A stretch of 64,000 bases of DNA, from assembly GCA_963794945.1 (NCBI GenBank), contig CAWCFT010000015.1:121454-185453 (forward strand), read 5' to 3'. Shown here one piece after another: positions 1 to 9,452 of this stretch. The number at the start of each line of letters is the position of its first letter. Position 1 is the first letter of the stretch. Both the position numbers and the translations under genes were made by a program. The notes beneath the pieces were generated by a model that was not told where the DNA came from, did no database searches, and was given only the letters and a program-made list of their open reading frames with translations. The stretch is from Endomicrobiales bacterium. GTDB lineage: Bacteria > Elusimicrobiota > Endomicrobiia > Endomicrobiales > CAWCFT01.

Positions 1-78
1 CAGCACAAGCACCACGTCGGTAAAAGGCGTGATGTTTATCTCCGCCATGAGTTTTTTGCGTTTAAAAGGTTTGATCAT
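1..78 (-). CDS. exbD: ExbD/TolR family protein, 5' part (runs off the window)
   Basis: Manual translation MIKPFKRKKLMAEINITPFTDVVLVL carries the EINxTPxxDV motif; directly follows the ExbB/TolQ gene. Confidence 0.9.
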   Translation of the reverse strand, partial: MIKPFKRKKLMAEINITPFTDVVLVL

Positions 79-79
79 C

Positions 80-707
80 TTATTTCCTCATGCCGAGTAT
101 GTCTATCATCTCCGAAGAGCAGTATTCCATCTCGGTAACGAAATTGTCCACGCGGCGTATAAAGTAGTTGTAGAATATAACGGCCGGTATCGCGACGAGG
201 AGCCCTGACGCTGTGCAGATGAGCGCCTCTGACACGCCGCCGATCACCACTGATATGCCACCGGAACCTATCTTGGAAATGTTGTGGAATGAGCTCACTA
301 TCCCTATGACCGTGCCGAAGAGGCCGATGTAAACCGCTATGTTGCCTATAGTGCCGACGACGCTTGTGTAGCGCTCAAGTATGACCGTCTCAACCATTAT
401 CTCGCGCTCCATCGCGCTAGAATATACTTTTTCTTCGTGCTTATAGTTCTTCAGCCCCGCGAGCACAAACGCCCGCTATGGGAGAATCCTGCCTATCGCA
501 TTCCTTCATCGCTTTTTCAAAATCAAAGACATCGACGCAGGCCTTTATCCTGGCCATAAAAGCTTTTCTGTCTAGCCTGGACTTGATATAGTAAGTCCTT
601 ATGCGCTCAAGTATGACGCCGATCGAAACAATAGAGCACGCGAGCAGTATGTACATCGTGAACCCGCCCATACTGAATATCTGGAAAAGCGATTTTCCCT
701 CGAACAT
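80..707 (-). CDS. exbB: MotA/TolQ/ExbB proton-channel protein, split by a 1-bp frameshift near 465
   Basis: ORFs 441..707 and 80..466 join (IAG-VV-LAGLKN) if one T is removed from GTTTGTG; motifs GLFGTVIGI and EALICTASGLLVAIPA. Confidence 0.88.
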
Positions 708-724
708 TTTTGACTCCTTATTTC

Positions 725-805
725 AGGGATAAGGGTTATTGGGTAAGGGGTTAGTTACGGCTTTTGCCTGTCTTTCACTTATCCCTTATCATTACCGCTT
801 ACCGC
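725..805. repeat. Inverted heptamer tandem array, (GGGATAA)n-like ... (TTATCCC)n-like
   Basis: gggataa-gggttat-tgggtaa-ggggtta, then cacttat-cccttat-cattacc-gcttacc. Confidence 0.7.
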
Positions 806-810
806 TGTCG

Positions 811-2253
811 TTATAATTTTAAATTAAGCCCGATATAAAAAATAGGTGCGTCCCTGAAATAGCCCGGCTGTGTCTCTATCTTCTCGGACTGCAGGTTGTC
901 GCACGAAACGTAAAGCTCGATATCCCTGCCGATGGCTTTTTTTACGGACGCAGATAAATTCCCGTAGGCCGCGAGCTGCGCGCCGCTTGTGCTCGTATAG
1001 CGGACCGCGCCTGTATACCCGTAACCCGCGCCAAACACCCAGGAGCCCGCGCTGTATTCAACGCCGGCAGACAACCTGTAACCCGGAACGAACGCTACGC
1101 TGTCGTCGAGATTGTGTTCGCCGGTCAAGGCAAAGGAAACTGGCCCTTGTTTCATCTTCGCTTTGACGCGCATGCTGGCCGCGTAAAAACTGTTCATGTT
1201 CCCGGGAGTTATGAGGCCCACGCCGGGGACATCTTCCCAGAAAAGGTAATTATTCCATTGCGCTTGTGAAAGCTCAAAATCAACGGAGTTATTCTCGTCA
1301 GCATAATACGATATATTTTCGTTAAAATCATACACGCTTTCAGGATAGAGTATGTTATTGTTGACCAAAACATGGTCGTCTCCGGCATAGAGCCTGTTCC
1401 AGTTCAACTGTTCTATGCCCGGTAGGTAATTCACGCTGAATTTTAAGCCCGGGACAATACCCACTGCCAAATATCCCTGCGGGAATATTCTGTCCTTTGT
1501 GTAGCGCGCCCCTCCGCCAAGCACCACCTTGGAAAACAACATAACATCGTACCGAAGCGAGCCCGTGTCGAACTCGCCGGTACCCCCACCAGCAGCGCCC
1601 AGCGCAGTGTCTTTATGGGGACATAGCTCTATGGTCGCGTTTTGGCCTTCAAAAGGCTGCCAGATCACAGAAAGGTTTCCCGAGACGGCCTGATTAGAAT
1701 CCTGCCCTTTTACTTCGCCTGTTTCGTAAGAGGCCCCGATCTTGGCATTGAGGTTTTCCCTTATGTAAAAGTCGCAGCCGGTTTTGAGTCCGTAAAAATT
1801 CTTTTGCAGCTGGAACAGGCTGGATTCGTCGCTCTGCGCGCTGGCATAAAAATTCTTATCGGGAGATATTTCCTTTTTAAAATACAGGTTGAAAATATTC
1901 TCTTCCTTCACAAGATTAGGGTACTCGCCGTCGGTGTTGTTTACGCTGTACGACGCGTCCACGTTCTGCGTGGACTTGTAAACGAAATCCGCGCCCCTAG
2001 AAGCGAAACTCCCCTGATAAACGTTTACTTTCACCGGCTGGTCAACGGAAAGGAAATCGTGGAACCTTAGGCCCACAAGCACCGGCGCGGGGGAAAGGTC
2101 GAACTCGGAAATGAAGTTCTGCATCCTGAGGTACGGCTGGTCCAAGGGAGGCTCTTTGACCCTCTCGATCGTAGGCGGGGCCTCGGGAAGAATGAAATGC
2201 TCTACATCTTCCTCGGCACACAGCGCACTCGAGAACATAATTCCAAAGACCAA
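811..2253 (-). CDS. Outer-membrane beta-barrel protein (TonB-receptor-like C-terminus, no clear plug); start uncertain
   Basis: Alternating amphipathic strands, SCDNL strand-turn, C-terminal FYIGLNLKL beta-signal-like end. Confidence 0.65.
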   Translation of the reverse strand: MVFGIMFSSALCAEEDVEHFILPEAPPTIERVKEPPLDQPYLRMQNFISEFDLSPAPVLVGLRFHDFLSVDQPVKVNVYQGSFASRGADFVYKSTQNVDASYSVNNTDGEYPNLVKEENIFNLYFKKEISPDKNFYASAQSDESSLFQLQKNFYGLKTGCDFYIRENLNAKIGASYETGEVKGQDSNQAVSGNLSVIWQPFEGQNATIELCPHKDTALGAAGGGTGEFDTGSLRYDVMLFSKVVLGGGARYTKDRIFPQGYLAVGIVPGLKFSVNYLPGIEQLNWNRLYAGDDHVLVNNNILYPESVYDFNENISYYADENNSVDFELSQAQWNNYLFWEDVPGVGLITPGNMNSFYAASMRVKAKMKQGPVSFALTGEHNLDDSVAFVPGYRLSAGVEYSAGSWVFGAGYGYTGAVRYTSTSGAQLAAYGNLSASVKKAIGRDIELYVSCDNLQSEKIETQPGYFRDAPIFYIGLNLKL

Positions 2254-2374
2254 AGTTACCTGCCGCGCGTTCCCAAAGTCTATTTATCATTTTGATGCCG
2301 ATGTTCCGTTTCAATAAGTTACTTTGAATATCTTATTCTGAAAAATACTAAATATTTAAATCAAGTACTTGCAG

Positions 2375-2457
2375 TTGTAGCAGCAGAGCTTGCTCTGCCG
2401 ATATTGCTTTAAAATGTTTAAAACCTAACTGACGCGAAGCAAGCTTCGCAGCTACAA
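2375..2457. repeat. REPIN-like inverted pair of GTAG-type REP palindromes
   Basis: GTAGCA-GCAGAGC-TT-GCTCTGC (2377-2398) and, on the opposite strand, GTAGCT-GCGAAGC-TT-GCTTCGC (2434-2455). Confidence 0.75.
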
Positions 2458-2503
2458 AATCATCAAACTTAATACTGAAATAGTTTTATATTCGAAATTG
2501 TCT

Positions 2504-5269
2504 TTATTTGCCTTGCAGTTCTTCCAGCCTCTTGTCGGCTTCTGCGGCCCAGAGAGTGGTCGCGAAAAATTCTTTTGTGCGCTTGTAGGCGTTCTTGGCC
2601 TCGGCAAGCTGTTTGTACGCCTCGCAGGATTTACCGGCGAGGAACTGCGCCTCGGCCGCGAACTGCGGATAATTGCGGAAAAGATAAGCGGTCTTCAAGT
2701 ACTCTACGGTAGCTTCCTTGAACGAACCCTGCTTATAGTAGCAGTCGCCTAACTTCTTCTGCGCCTCGGCGGATATCTCGCCCTGGTAAGCGTCGGCCGT
2801 TTGACGGTAGCCGTCCATTGCCGCCGGGAGGTTGTTCGCCGCGGCAGCTTCATTGGCTTTGGCCAGCAGCATACCAGCTGCCTCGCGGCTCTTCGGGAAC
2901 TTGGCCACCAGCGCCTCGTTAGCCTTCTGCGCGAGAGTTTTCTCCTGCAAACTTTCCCAAACTTTAGCTATCTCTGCCTGCGCCCTCGGCGCGAACGGCG
3001 TCGTTCCGAAATTCTCCACGACTTTCTGGAAGTTCTCAATGGCTTCCCTCGGTTTGCCTAGGGCCGCGCTGCACTCGGCCAGCCTGTACTGGGCGTTGGC
3101 CCCCTGGTCGGTCGACGGGTTATTCTTAACTATCTCCGAAAACTGGTCCACGGCCGCCAAAAAGTTGCCAAGGGCGTACTGTATCTCGGCAAGCTTCATT
3201 TCGGATTTGGCGGCGAACTCTGAGTTTGGGTAGTTGTTCTTAAGGTTGGTATAGACTTTCTGCGCAAGCGTGTAGTTCTTTTCGCTCAGGAAATATTCAG
3301 CCACCTGGTAGCTTATCTCGGCAGTGAGGTTAGAAAGCGGGTAGTTCTCGACAAGTTTGCCCCAGACCTTGAGCGACTCATCTTTCTTGCCTTCCCTCGA
3401 GTAACACTCGCCGAGCGCGTAGAGCGCGTAGGGTGCGACAGAGCTCTTTGAGTACATGTCCACGACTTCACGGTATGTAGCCTCGGCCTTGTCTATTTCC
3501 TTTTTGGCCCAGTAAACATCGGCGAGCCTCAGGTGTGATTCCGGCGCAAGCGCCGAGTTTGGGTATTCCTTGATCACAACGTTGAACTCATCCATCGCTT
3601 CATCGTAAAGTTTTTGCTTAAAATATGACCAGCCGAGGTAGTAGACCACCTCGTCGCGATTAGAGGCGCGTTTGTCTTTGAGCGGCAGGAACTTCGCACC
3701 CGCCTGCTCGAAGTTGCCCTGCTTATAATACGCGAAGGCTATGCGGAACTGTATGTCGTCGGCAAGCGGCCCGGACTTATACTCGTCAAGGAGCCCGTTG
3801 AATATGTCTATAGCCTGTGCGTAATCGCCCTGCAGCAGCAGTGTGTTGCCTATCTCTACTCTCGCCTCAGGCACTAGCCTGCTTGCCGGGCACTTGATAA
3901 CGAGCTTCTGGTACACCTCTCTCGCCATGCCGTAGTTGCCGCGCCCAGCGAAACACCTGCCGATGCCGTACAGCGCGTGGTCGAATAGCACCGAAGAGGA
4001 GTACCTGTCGAGGAAAGACTGGTAGTATTTCCTCGCGGTATCGAACTCGCCGGTCTGGAAATAGCACTCGGCCTGCATGTACTCGGCCTTCTCGCAGTAC
4101 TCAGACTGAGCGTACTCCCTTATCACACGCTGGAAAGATTTGAGCGCGCCGTCCGTGTCCTTCTGCTTGAGCTTGCTCCACGCGAGCCAGTACGCGGCGC
4201 CGTCTGAATATATGCCCTTCTGGTACTTCTTTAAAAAGCGTTCCATGGCGCCCTGCGCGGCGGCGAACTCGCCGTCGCTGTATAGGCTCAAGGCAGAAAG
4301 GTAAACCGAAGTCCTCGAGAGGTCGGCGTCCGTGCGCCTGTATTTCTCGGCGAAAGAATCGAACACCTGTTTGGCCTTAGCGAAATCTTCCCTTTCAAAA
4401 CTGCACCAGGCGAGCCCAAAGTAAGAGTTGCGCGCGACGTCGAGGTCGGGATATTTATCTGAAACTTCCTTGTAGTATTTAGCGGCCAGCTTGTAGTTCT
4501 CTTCCACGTAGCTAAGCTCGCCGAGGGCGTAGAGAGTGGTGGCCCTCAAGTCCCGTGGTATATCGAGTTTCAGTATATTCTCGAACTCCTCGCGAGCGGC
4601 TATCATCTTGCCGCGGCACCTGAGCGTCTCGCCCAGGCGATACCTTGCTATGGGAGTGTAGGCTGAGTCGGGGTTCTGCGAAAGGAATTTCCTGAACTCT
4701 TTTTCGGCCTCGGCGTAACTGCCTCGCTGGAACCAGGCCTCGGCAACGTAATACTGCGCGCCTTCCCGCAGGTCCTTGCGGTCATTGAACCTCTTTAGCA
4801 GCATGCCGAAAGTGGACAACGACTGCGTGTACCTCTCAACGTAGAACATGCTGGATGCCTGGCCGTAGGCGGCGTCCGCAAAAAAAATGCTTTTAGGGTA
4901 TTTTGCTATGAACTCGGTGTAGGCAGGAAGGGACTCGTCGTACTTGCATTCGCGGAAGAGCGACCTAGCGAGGTAAAACTCGCCCTGGTCGCGGTAATCG
5001 CTGCGAGGGTAGGTCTCAAGGAATTTCCTGTAGTATTTCTCAGCCTTCGCGTAGTCTTCCAGCCCGAAATAGCAATCGGCTCGCCGGAGGAAGGCCTTCT
5101 CGCCTTCAATGGTACCGAAAGCCGAAAGAGCGACAGCCGAGTACTCGGAAAGGGCCGCGGAATAGTTTTTCGCTACGAACAATTTTTCCGCAGTCAAAAG
5201 GTCCGCTCGAGCAACTGTTGATAGTAATATGAATAAGCCTGTTAAAAGCAGGTTTTTGATAATTTCCAT
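2504..5269 (-). CDS. Large secreted TPR protein (921 aa, BamD/CpoB-like TPR units)
   Basis: Signal peptide plus many YP.S..A..A.Y TPR pairs. Confidence 0.9.
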   Translation of the reverse strand: MEIIKNLLLTGLFILLSTVARADLLTAEKLFVAKNYSAALSEYSAVALSAFGTIEGEKAFLRRADCYFGLEDYAKAEKYYRKFLETYPRSDYRDQGEFYLARSLFRECKYDESLPAYTEFIAKYPKSIFFADAAYGQASSMFYVERYTQSLSTFGMLLKRFNDRKDLREGAQYYVAEAWFQRGSYAEAEKEFRKFLSQNPDSAYTPIARYRLGETLRCRGKMIAAREEFENILKLDIPRDLRATTLYALGELSYVEENYKLAAKYYKEVSDKYPDLDVARNSYFGLAWCSFEREDFAKAKQVFDSFAEKYRRTDADLSRTSVYLSALSLYSDGEFAAAQGAMERFLKKYQKGIYSDGAAYWLAWSKLKQKDTDGALKSFQRVIREYAQSEYCEKAEYMQAECYFQTGEFDTARKYYQSFLDRYSSSVLFDHALYGIGRCFAGRGNYGMAREVYQKLVIKCPASRLVPEARVEIGNTLLLQGDYAQAIDIFNGLLDEYKSGPLADDIQFRIAFAYYKQGNFEQAGAKFLPLKDKRASNRDEVVYYLGWSYFKQKLYDEAMDEFNVVIKEYPNSALAPESHLRLADVYWAKKEIDKAEATYREVVDMYSKSSVAPYALYALGECYSREGKKDESLKVWGKLVENYPLSNLTAEISYQVAEYFLSEKNYTLAQKVYTNLKNNYPNSEFAAKSEMKLAEIQYALGNFLAAVDQFSEIVKNNPSTDQGANAQYRLAECSAALGKPREAIENFQKVVENFGTTPFAPRAQAEIAKVWESLQEKTLAQKANEALVAKFPKSREAAGMLLAKANEAAAANNLPAAMDGYRQTADAYQGEISAEAQKKLGDCYYKQGSFKEATVEYLKTAYLFRNYPQFAAEAQFLAGKSCEAYKQLAEAKNAYKRTKEFFATTLWAAEADKRLEELQGK

Positions 5270-5311
5270 AGGTTAATATTATACAAAATTATATAAACGA
5301 GTATATAAATC

Positions 5312-5411
5312 GTTCAAAGGATCAAAAGTTCAAAGTTAAAAGGTTTAAACCAATAGTCATATTTTTCTGTTTGTTTATCTTTGAATTTTGAACCTTGAAC
5401 TTTGAACCTTT
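5312..5411. repeat. Inverted heptamer tandem array, (GTTCAAA)n ... (TTTGAAC)n
   Basis: gttcaaa/agttcaa/agttaaa, then tttgaat-tttgaac-cttgaac-tttgaac, immediately after the tolB stop. Confidence 0.8.
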
Positions 5412-5412
5412 G

Positions 5413-6714
5413 TCATGGCGACCAGGCCGGGGTGTAAGACGACCCCTTGGCGTCCAGTACTTTCCGCAGGCCGGAACCGTCAACAGCAATTGTATACAAC
5501 TCATTCTTGCCCGTACGGTCGGAAGTGAAAACAATGAACCTGCCGTCAGGCGCCCAGGAGGGGTTCTCGTTGTTCCTTTCGTCCTGAGTTAAGCGCGAGA
5601 CCGTCGCGGTGGGCAGGTCGTAAACGTAAAGATCGTAGTGTTCCCTTCCAAGCCTCATCGTGAAAACTATTTTGTCCCCTCTCGGCGACCACGCGGGCGA
5701 ATCGCAGAAACCGGAAGTGTTTATCCTTCTTATGTTGAAACCCTCAGTATCCATTATATACAACTGCGGATAGCCGGCCCTGTCGGATATCAAAACTATC
5801 TCCCTGCCGTTAGGCGCGAAGCAGGGGCTTGTTTCTATTGTATTATCAGTGGAAAGCCTCTTTATTATCCTGCCGGAACGGTCTATAAGGTAGAGGTTCG
5901 GCTGGCTGCCGCGCGATATCGTGAGCGCTATGACCAACCCGTCGGGAGAATATGACCCGGCGATATTTAGCCCCTGGATATCTGAAACTTTTCGCAAGCC
6001 GGAGCCGTCCGGAGAAATGGCATAGAGGTCGGGATTGCCGTAGCGGTAGGTAGTGAATACTATTTCGTCGCCCTTGGGCGACCATTTTGGCAGAAGGTTT
6101 ATAGAGTTGTAGGACGTAAGTTTTTTTAGATTGTACCCGTCGTAATCTACAATGTAGAGTTCTTTGGACTTTGAGGCGTTATTGACAAAAACGATCTTAG
6201 TGTGCGCTATGCCGCTCTCACCGGTGTAGTGTTTGACTATCTCATCGTTTATCTCGTGCGCGAACCTTCTATACTCACTTTTTGGCCCCGTGTAAACATG
6301 CTCCCATATCATCTGCCGGCTGCCGAGGTCAAAAAGCTGAGCCGTGATCGAGGCCTGGTCGCCTGTAATACTTATCTTGCCGCAAACAAGCACATCGCAC
6401 CCGCGGTTGGTCCATTCCTGTATCTCCTCGGGCTTTCCCGTAAATAGCGGCCCGCCTTCGGCTATGTTGAAATACCTTGAATACAGCATGTCCGCGAGCA
6501 GCACTTCTCCCAGCTGCCTGCCCACTTTTGCCTCTTCAAGCGTGCCGTTAGAAGGAAAAAAGCCCGCGAACCCGAACTCCGCCCTCTGCCCGTGGGCAGA
6601 CAGGCCCAGGTAAACATCCGCCGCTCCGGCGCAAACAGAAAGAAGCATCAATATAATAAATATCAAGCCCTTGAATCTGTAATTTGTGATCTGTAATTTG
6701 TAATTGTTCTTCAT
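5413..6714 (-). CDS. tolB: Tol-Pal beta-propeller protein TolB
   Basis: AH.I.DEI....TG..GIA.TKI.FV motif and PD40 repeats (PKWSPKG, PAWSPRG, PSWAPDG). Confidence 0.95.
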   Translation of the reverse strand: MKNNYKLQITNYRFKGLIFIILMLLSVCAGAADVYLGLSAHGQRAEFGFAGFFPSNGTLEEAKVGRQLGEVLLADMLYSRYFNIAEGGPLFTGKPEEIQEWTNRGCDVLVCGKISITGDQASITAQLFDLGSRQMIWEHVYTGPKSEYRRFAHEINDEIVKHYTGESGIAHTKIVFVNNASKSKELYIVDYDGYNLKKLTSYNSINLLPKWSPKGDEIVFTTYRYGNPDLYAISPDGSGLRKVSDIQGLNIAGSYSPDGLVIALTISRGSQPNLYLIDRSGRIIKRLSTDNTIETSPCFAPNGREIVLISDRAGYPQLYIMDTEGFNIRRINTSGFCDSPAWSPRGDKIVFTMRLGREHYDLYVYDLPTATVSRLTQDERNNENPSWAPDGRFIVFTSDRTGKNELYTIAVDGSGLRKVLDAKGSSYTPAWSP

Positions 6715-6715
6715 T

Positions 6716-7378
6716 CTACTCCCTATAAGTAAACTCGAAATATACGCCCAGGTCGTTCTCCGCGTAGCCTTCGGGAAGCGGAGGGAACGGGCTCGCCATC
6801 TTTACCGCCCTCATCGCCTGCTCGTCAAAAAGCTGGTCGCCGGACGAGTCCTTGAGCGACACTTCCGAAACGCTGCCGTCCTTAAGTATCTTGAAATAGA
6901 CAACGCTTTTGAGCTTGCCGAACTCATTTGCCCACTGCCAGTACCTGCCTATCTTCCTTACAATAAGGTTAGTGTAATAAGCGTAAGGGAACCGCGTCAT
7001 ATCGACGCTTATCGAACCCGAATAGCCCGACGCCTGGGCTTTAGGCGCGGCCTGCTGGGGCTGCGCAGGCTGGGATTGAGGCTTGGCCTGCTGGCTCTCT
7101 TCCGGCTGAGGCTTTTTTGGGATCGGTATATCCTTGGCCTTGCTGATCTTTTTAGGGATCGCTATCTCTTTCTCTTTTTTCTTTATCTCAGCTTTCGGCG
7201 CCGGCGCCTGGATCTTTGCTTCTTTCGCTGTGTTTTCTTCCGCAGGCGGAGTGTTGAGCAGGAGGTCGATAGGCATCACTATGTACATCGAGCGTTTAGA
7301 ATTGATTCCGAACACCGCAAAGAGGGTAACGTGTATGACGAGCGACAGGGCTAGAAAAACCTTAAAATCATTTTCCAT
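6716..7378 (-). CDS. tolA: TolA/TonB family protein (start reassigned to MENDFK)
   Basis: TM segment with SxxxH, Pro/Lys-rich linker, TonB_C end (SSG..FD..A.RAV...SPFPPLP). Confidence 0.85.
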   Translation of the reverse strand: MENDFKVFLALSLVIHVTLFAVFGINSKRSMYIVMPIDLLLNTPPAEENTAKEAKIQAPAPKAEIKKKEKEIAIPKKISKAKDIPIPKKPQPEESQQAKPQSQPAQPQQAAPKAQASGYSGSISVDMTRFPYAYYTNLIVRKIGRYWQWANEFGKLKSVVYFKILKDGSVSEVSLKDSSGDQLFDEQAMRAVKMASPFPPLPEGYAENDLGVYFEFTYRE

Positions 7379-8090
7379 CGGAACCGGGGACATTGAGCTT
7401 TTCGCGGGCAGTGGCGGATTCGGCGCTGTTGGGGAAATCCCTAACGAGAGTTTGGAGGAGTTCACGCGATTCTTTGACTTTTCCCAAAAGCTCCAGGCAC
7501 AGGGCTTTTTTAAGGCGCGCCGGGGCCGCCTGGTCGCTTTTCGGGTAATTTTTTTCTACAAGATCGAACTGATCATACGCGTTCTGCCAGCTGCTCTGCG
7601 AGTAGTAGCACTCGCCGAGATAGTACTGGGCGAGGTTCGCGAGCTCGCCGGTCGGGTATTTATCGATATAAGACTTGAAACCCACTATGGCTATATCATA
7701 TTTACCGCTTGAGAAATCGCTGTAGGCTAGGCGGTACATCTCTGAAGGGGGCGGCGGAACTTTGAGGGCGGTGCCGGAGAGTTGTTCGAATAGCTTGTTC
7801 ATCCTGCTGGACATCGTTGACTCGACGTCGTCAAGCCTCTGGCCCAGAAGCGACATCCTGTTCTGAGTTTCCTGCAGCTGAGAGCTCAAAGGCCCGAGTT
7901 GCGCGGACAGGTTATCCATTTTAACCGAAAGATCGGCCTGGTTGCGCTGGACCTCATTAAGCTTGAGCTGGAGCTCGTGCATGTCGTCGCGAATGCCAAG
8001 CATCTCATCGGATGTAGCAAGGCAGCCGGATAGCGACACAGCCGCGACGCCGCACATGAGCAAGCTTAAGATCCTGATTTTCTTTTTCAT
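7368..8090 (-). CDS. cpoB: Tol-Pal coordinator CpoB/YbgF (lipoprotein)
   Basis: LSGC lipobox, coiled coil, three TPRs; follows pal. Confidence 0.88.
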   Translation of the reverse strand: MKKKIRILSLLMCGVAAVSLSGCLATSDEMLGIRDDMHELQLKLNEVQRNQADLSVKMDNLSAQLGPLSSQLQETQNRMSLLGQRLDDVESTMSSRMNKLFEQLSGTALKVPPPPSEMYRLAYSDFSSGKYDIAIVGFKSYIDKYPTGELANLAQYYLGECYYSQSSWQNAYDQFDLVEKNYPKSDQAAPARLKKALCLELLGKVKESRELLQTLVRDFPNSAESATAREKLNVPGSDGK

Positions 8091-8099
8091 TTATACGGG

Positions 8100-8606
8100 T
8101 TATTGCTGTTTGTTGCGTATCTTGGTCTCGGCGCGCCTGTTCTTTGCCCATGCTTCATCGTTGTGCCCGGGATCTACAGGCTTTTCGCTGCCGTAAGAAA
8201 TAGTGCCTATCTGAGCGAGCGGAACACCAAGTTCGCCATAATACTGCCTGACCGCGGCCGCGCGTTTCTGTCCGAGCGCGAGATTATAAGCCACAGTGCC
8301 GCGTTCGTCGCAATGGCCTTCAACGAGCGCTATCATGTCGGGGTTGGCCGCGAGGTAATCCGCGTTCTTCTTCAGCACGTCCCTGTCATCGGCGCGCAAC
8401 TCATATTTATCAAAATCGAAATGTACAGCTTCCAGCTGGGGCACTGTCGTCCAATCCGTGTACCTTACTGAGGGCTCTTCTTTGGGCGCTTCCACTTTGG
8501 GAGGCGGAGGAGGAGGAGTTTCGGTAACCGTAGGCTTTATTATCTGCTTCTTGGCACAACCGAAAATAAGGAACAACACAGTAAAGATAAGTATCGTTTT
8601 CTTCAT
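8100..8606 (-). CDS. pal: Peptidoglycan-associated lipoprotein Pal
   Basis: FGC lipobox; HFDFDK and EGHCDERGT..YNLALGQKRA OmpA-like motifs. Confidence 0.95.
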   Translation of the reverse strand: MKKTILIFTVLFLIFGCAKKQIIKPTVTETPPPPPPKVEAPKEEPSVRYTDWTTVPQLEAVHFDFDKYELRADDRDVLKKNADYLAANPDMIALVEGHCDERGTVAYNLALGQKRAAAVRQYYGELGVPLAQIGTISYGSEKPVDPGHNDEAWAKNRRAETKIRNKQQ

Positions 8607-8640
8607 TTTTCTACCCCTTTTTGTATCAGATTTCTATAAT

Positions 8641-8669
8641 ATTCTATCTAATATTGCGACGGGTGTCAA
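8641..8669 (-). promoter_or_regulatory. Sigma70-like promoter upstream of pal
   Basis: TTGACA-N17-TAGAAT on the minus strand. Confidence 0.65.
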
Positions 8670-8689
8670 ACTTAAGGCGCATCCGGTTT

Positions 8690-9445
8690 TCAGAGCTTCA
8701 ACTTGCCGAACGCCCATGTCCCGACTAGTATACAGGCCGTGTCGAACCCAAGGAGGACAAATATGTCAGCCGTGATCGGCATTGAAGAGGCGCCTATGAT
8801 AATGCTTCTTAAACCGTCAACCGCGTAGGTGGCCGGATCAATATGAGTTAGAACTTTCATCCAGGGCGGCAGTTTGTCGAGAGGGTAAAGTGCCCCCGAC
8901 AGCAAAAAAAGCGGGTATATGACAAAACTTGAAATTATGCCAAACCCTTCTAGGCTTTCCATGAAAGAACCGATTATAAGGCCCATGCTTACAAGCCCCG
9001 CCGCAAGCAGGAAAAGCATTCCCATACTTAACACTACGCTTCTTACGGTCAACGGCACACCCAGTATAATGCCTATTAGAAGCAGTATATACGACTGCAG
9101 CAACGCGTCCGTCATCCCGCCCGCCATCTTGCCAATGAATATGGTTGTCCTTGAAGGCGGTGAAATAAGGACTTCTTTTAGAAAATCTATCTTCTTATCC
9201 CAAACTATATAGGCCCCGTTGAAGAGAGCCGTGAAAATCACTGTCATGGCAAGGAAGCCCGGGAAGATGAAATGCTTGTAGTTGCCGGGCACGTTGCTTA
9301 TAGTGCTCACGCCTCCGCCAAAAATAAAATACCAGAAAAGCGGCAGGAACAAGGCGGACACAACCCTGCTTTTTTCCCTGGTAAAAACCTTAAATTCCCG
9401 GTACCGAACCGCGTATATGCCTTTTAGGGCCTTTTTTATCTTCAT
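8690..9445 (-). CDS. ABC-2 type exporter permease (DrrB-like)
   Basis: Six TM segments; LSGALYP...LPPWM...DPATYAVDGLR. Confidence 0.9.
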   Translation of the reverse strand: MKIKKALKGIYAVRYREFKVFTREKSRVVSALFLPLFWYFIFGGGVSTISNVPGNYKHFIFPGFLAMTVIFTALFNGAYIVWDKKIDFLKEVLISPPSRTTIFIGKMAGGMTDALLQSYILLLIGIILGVPLTVRSVVLSMGMLFLLAAGLVSMGLIIGSFMESLEGFGIISSFVIYPLFLLSGALYPLDKLPPWMKVLTHIDPATYAVDGLRSIIIGASSMPITADIFVLLGFDTACILVGTWAFGKLKL

Positions 9446-9452
9446 TTATACC

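Noticed and set aside
6704..7712. Long plus-strand ORFs (216 and 192 aa) and similar antisense ORFs elsewhere
   Set aside because: They are shadows of well-supported minus-strand genes and carry no motifs
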